DNA from: an uncultured virus (IMG/VR IMGVR_UViG_3300042480_000533)
Taxonomy: Duplodnaviria > Heunggongvirae > Uroviricota > Caudoviricetes
IMG/VR virus record: IMGVR_UViG_3300042480_000533
Reading direction: 5' to 3' (one strand)
Length of the DNA: 64,000 bases
Shown here: in pieces, positions 63,972-64,000 of the stretch
Position numbering within the stretch: the first letter of the stretch is position 1
How the letters are laid out: every line of letters starts with the position of its first letter
Position numbers and translations under genes: made by a program
The notes under the pieces: model-generated
Database searches by the model: none
What the model was told of the DNA's origin: nothing
What the model saw: only the letters and a program-made list of their open reading frames with translations

Positions 63972-64000
63972 GCCTTTACAGGAGAATAAACAATGAAGCA

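Noticed and set aside
1..64000. A repeated T7/SP6-style ~20-bp promoter consensus for RNAP-1
   Set aside because: Several CTATAGG/TATAGGG hits (~9248, 16820, 62431, 62618, 63370, 63612) share no upstream sequence. No consensus is supportable by eye; it needs a motif search.

Overview
This window is most or all of a T7-like podovirus genome (Autographiviridae-like gene set), with every credible gene on the + strand. It appears circularly permuted, starting and ending in small early-type genes. Gene order: GC-rich tandem paralog cassettes (1-2.0 kb); small early genes and a DUF932 protein; a full-length T7-type RNA polymerase (4.3-6.7 kb); a replication and nucleotide-metabolism block (SSB, RusA, deaminase, tRNA cluster, ThyX, primase-helicase, DNA Pol A, HNH, dNMP kinase, 5'-3' exonuclease, class II RNR); a virion module (portal, scaffold, capsid, tail tubes, fibres, terminases, internal virion proteins) ending in a 4058-aa giant protein; then a GC-rich block with a second, compact T7-type RNA polymerase and hairpin/pseudoknot-dense non-coding DNA. 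The main finding is that the giant protein carries divergent single-subunit RNA polymerase motifs (GR, A, B and a candidate C), preceded by a DEDDy 3'-5' exonuclease domain and followed by a degenerate zincin motif. The genome therefore seems to encode three single-subunit RNA polymerases, suggesting an N4-like virion-RNAP cascade on a T7-like chassis. It also has an array of N4-promoter-like mini-hairpins, repeated pseudoknots and an anticodon-less tRNA-like RNA. All calls come from reading motifs by eye; no database searches were run.
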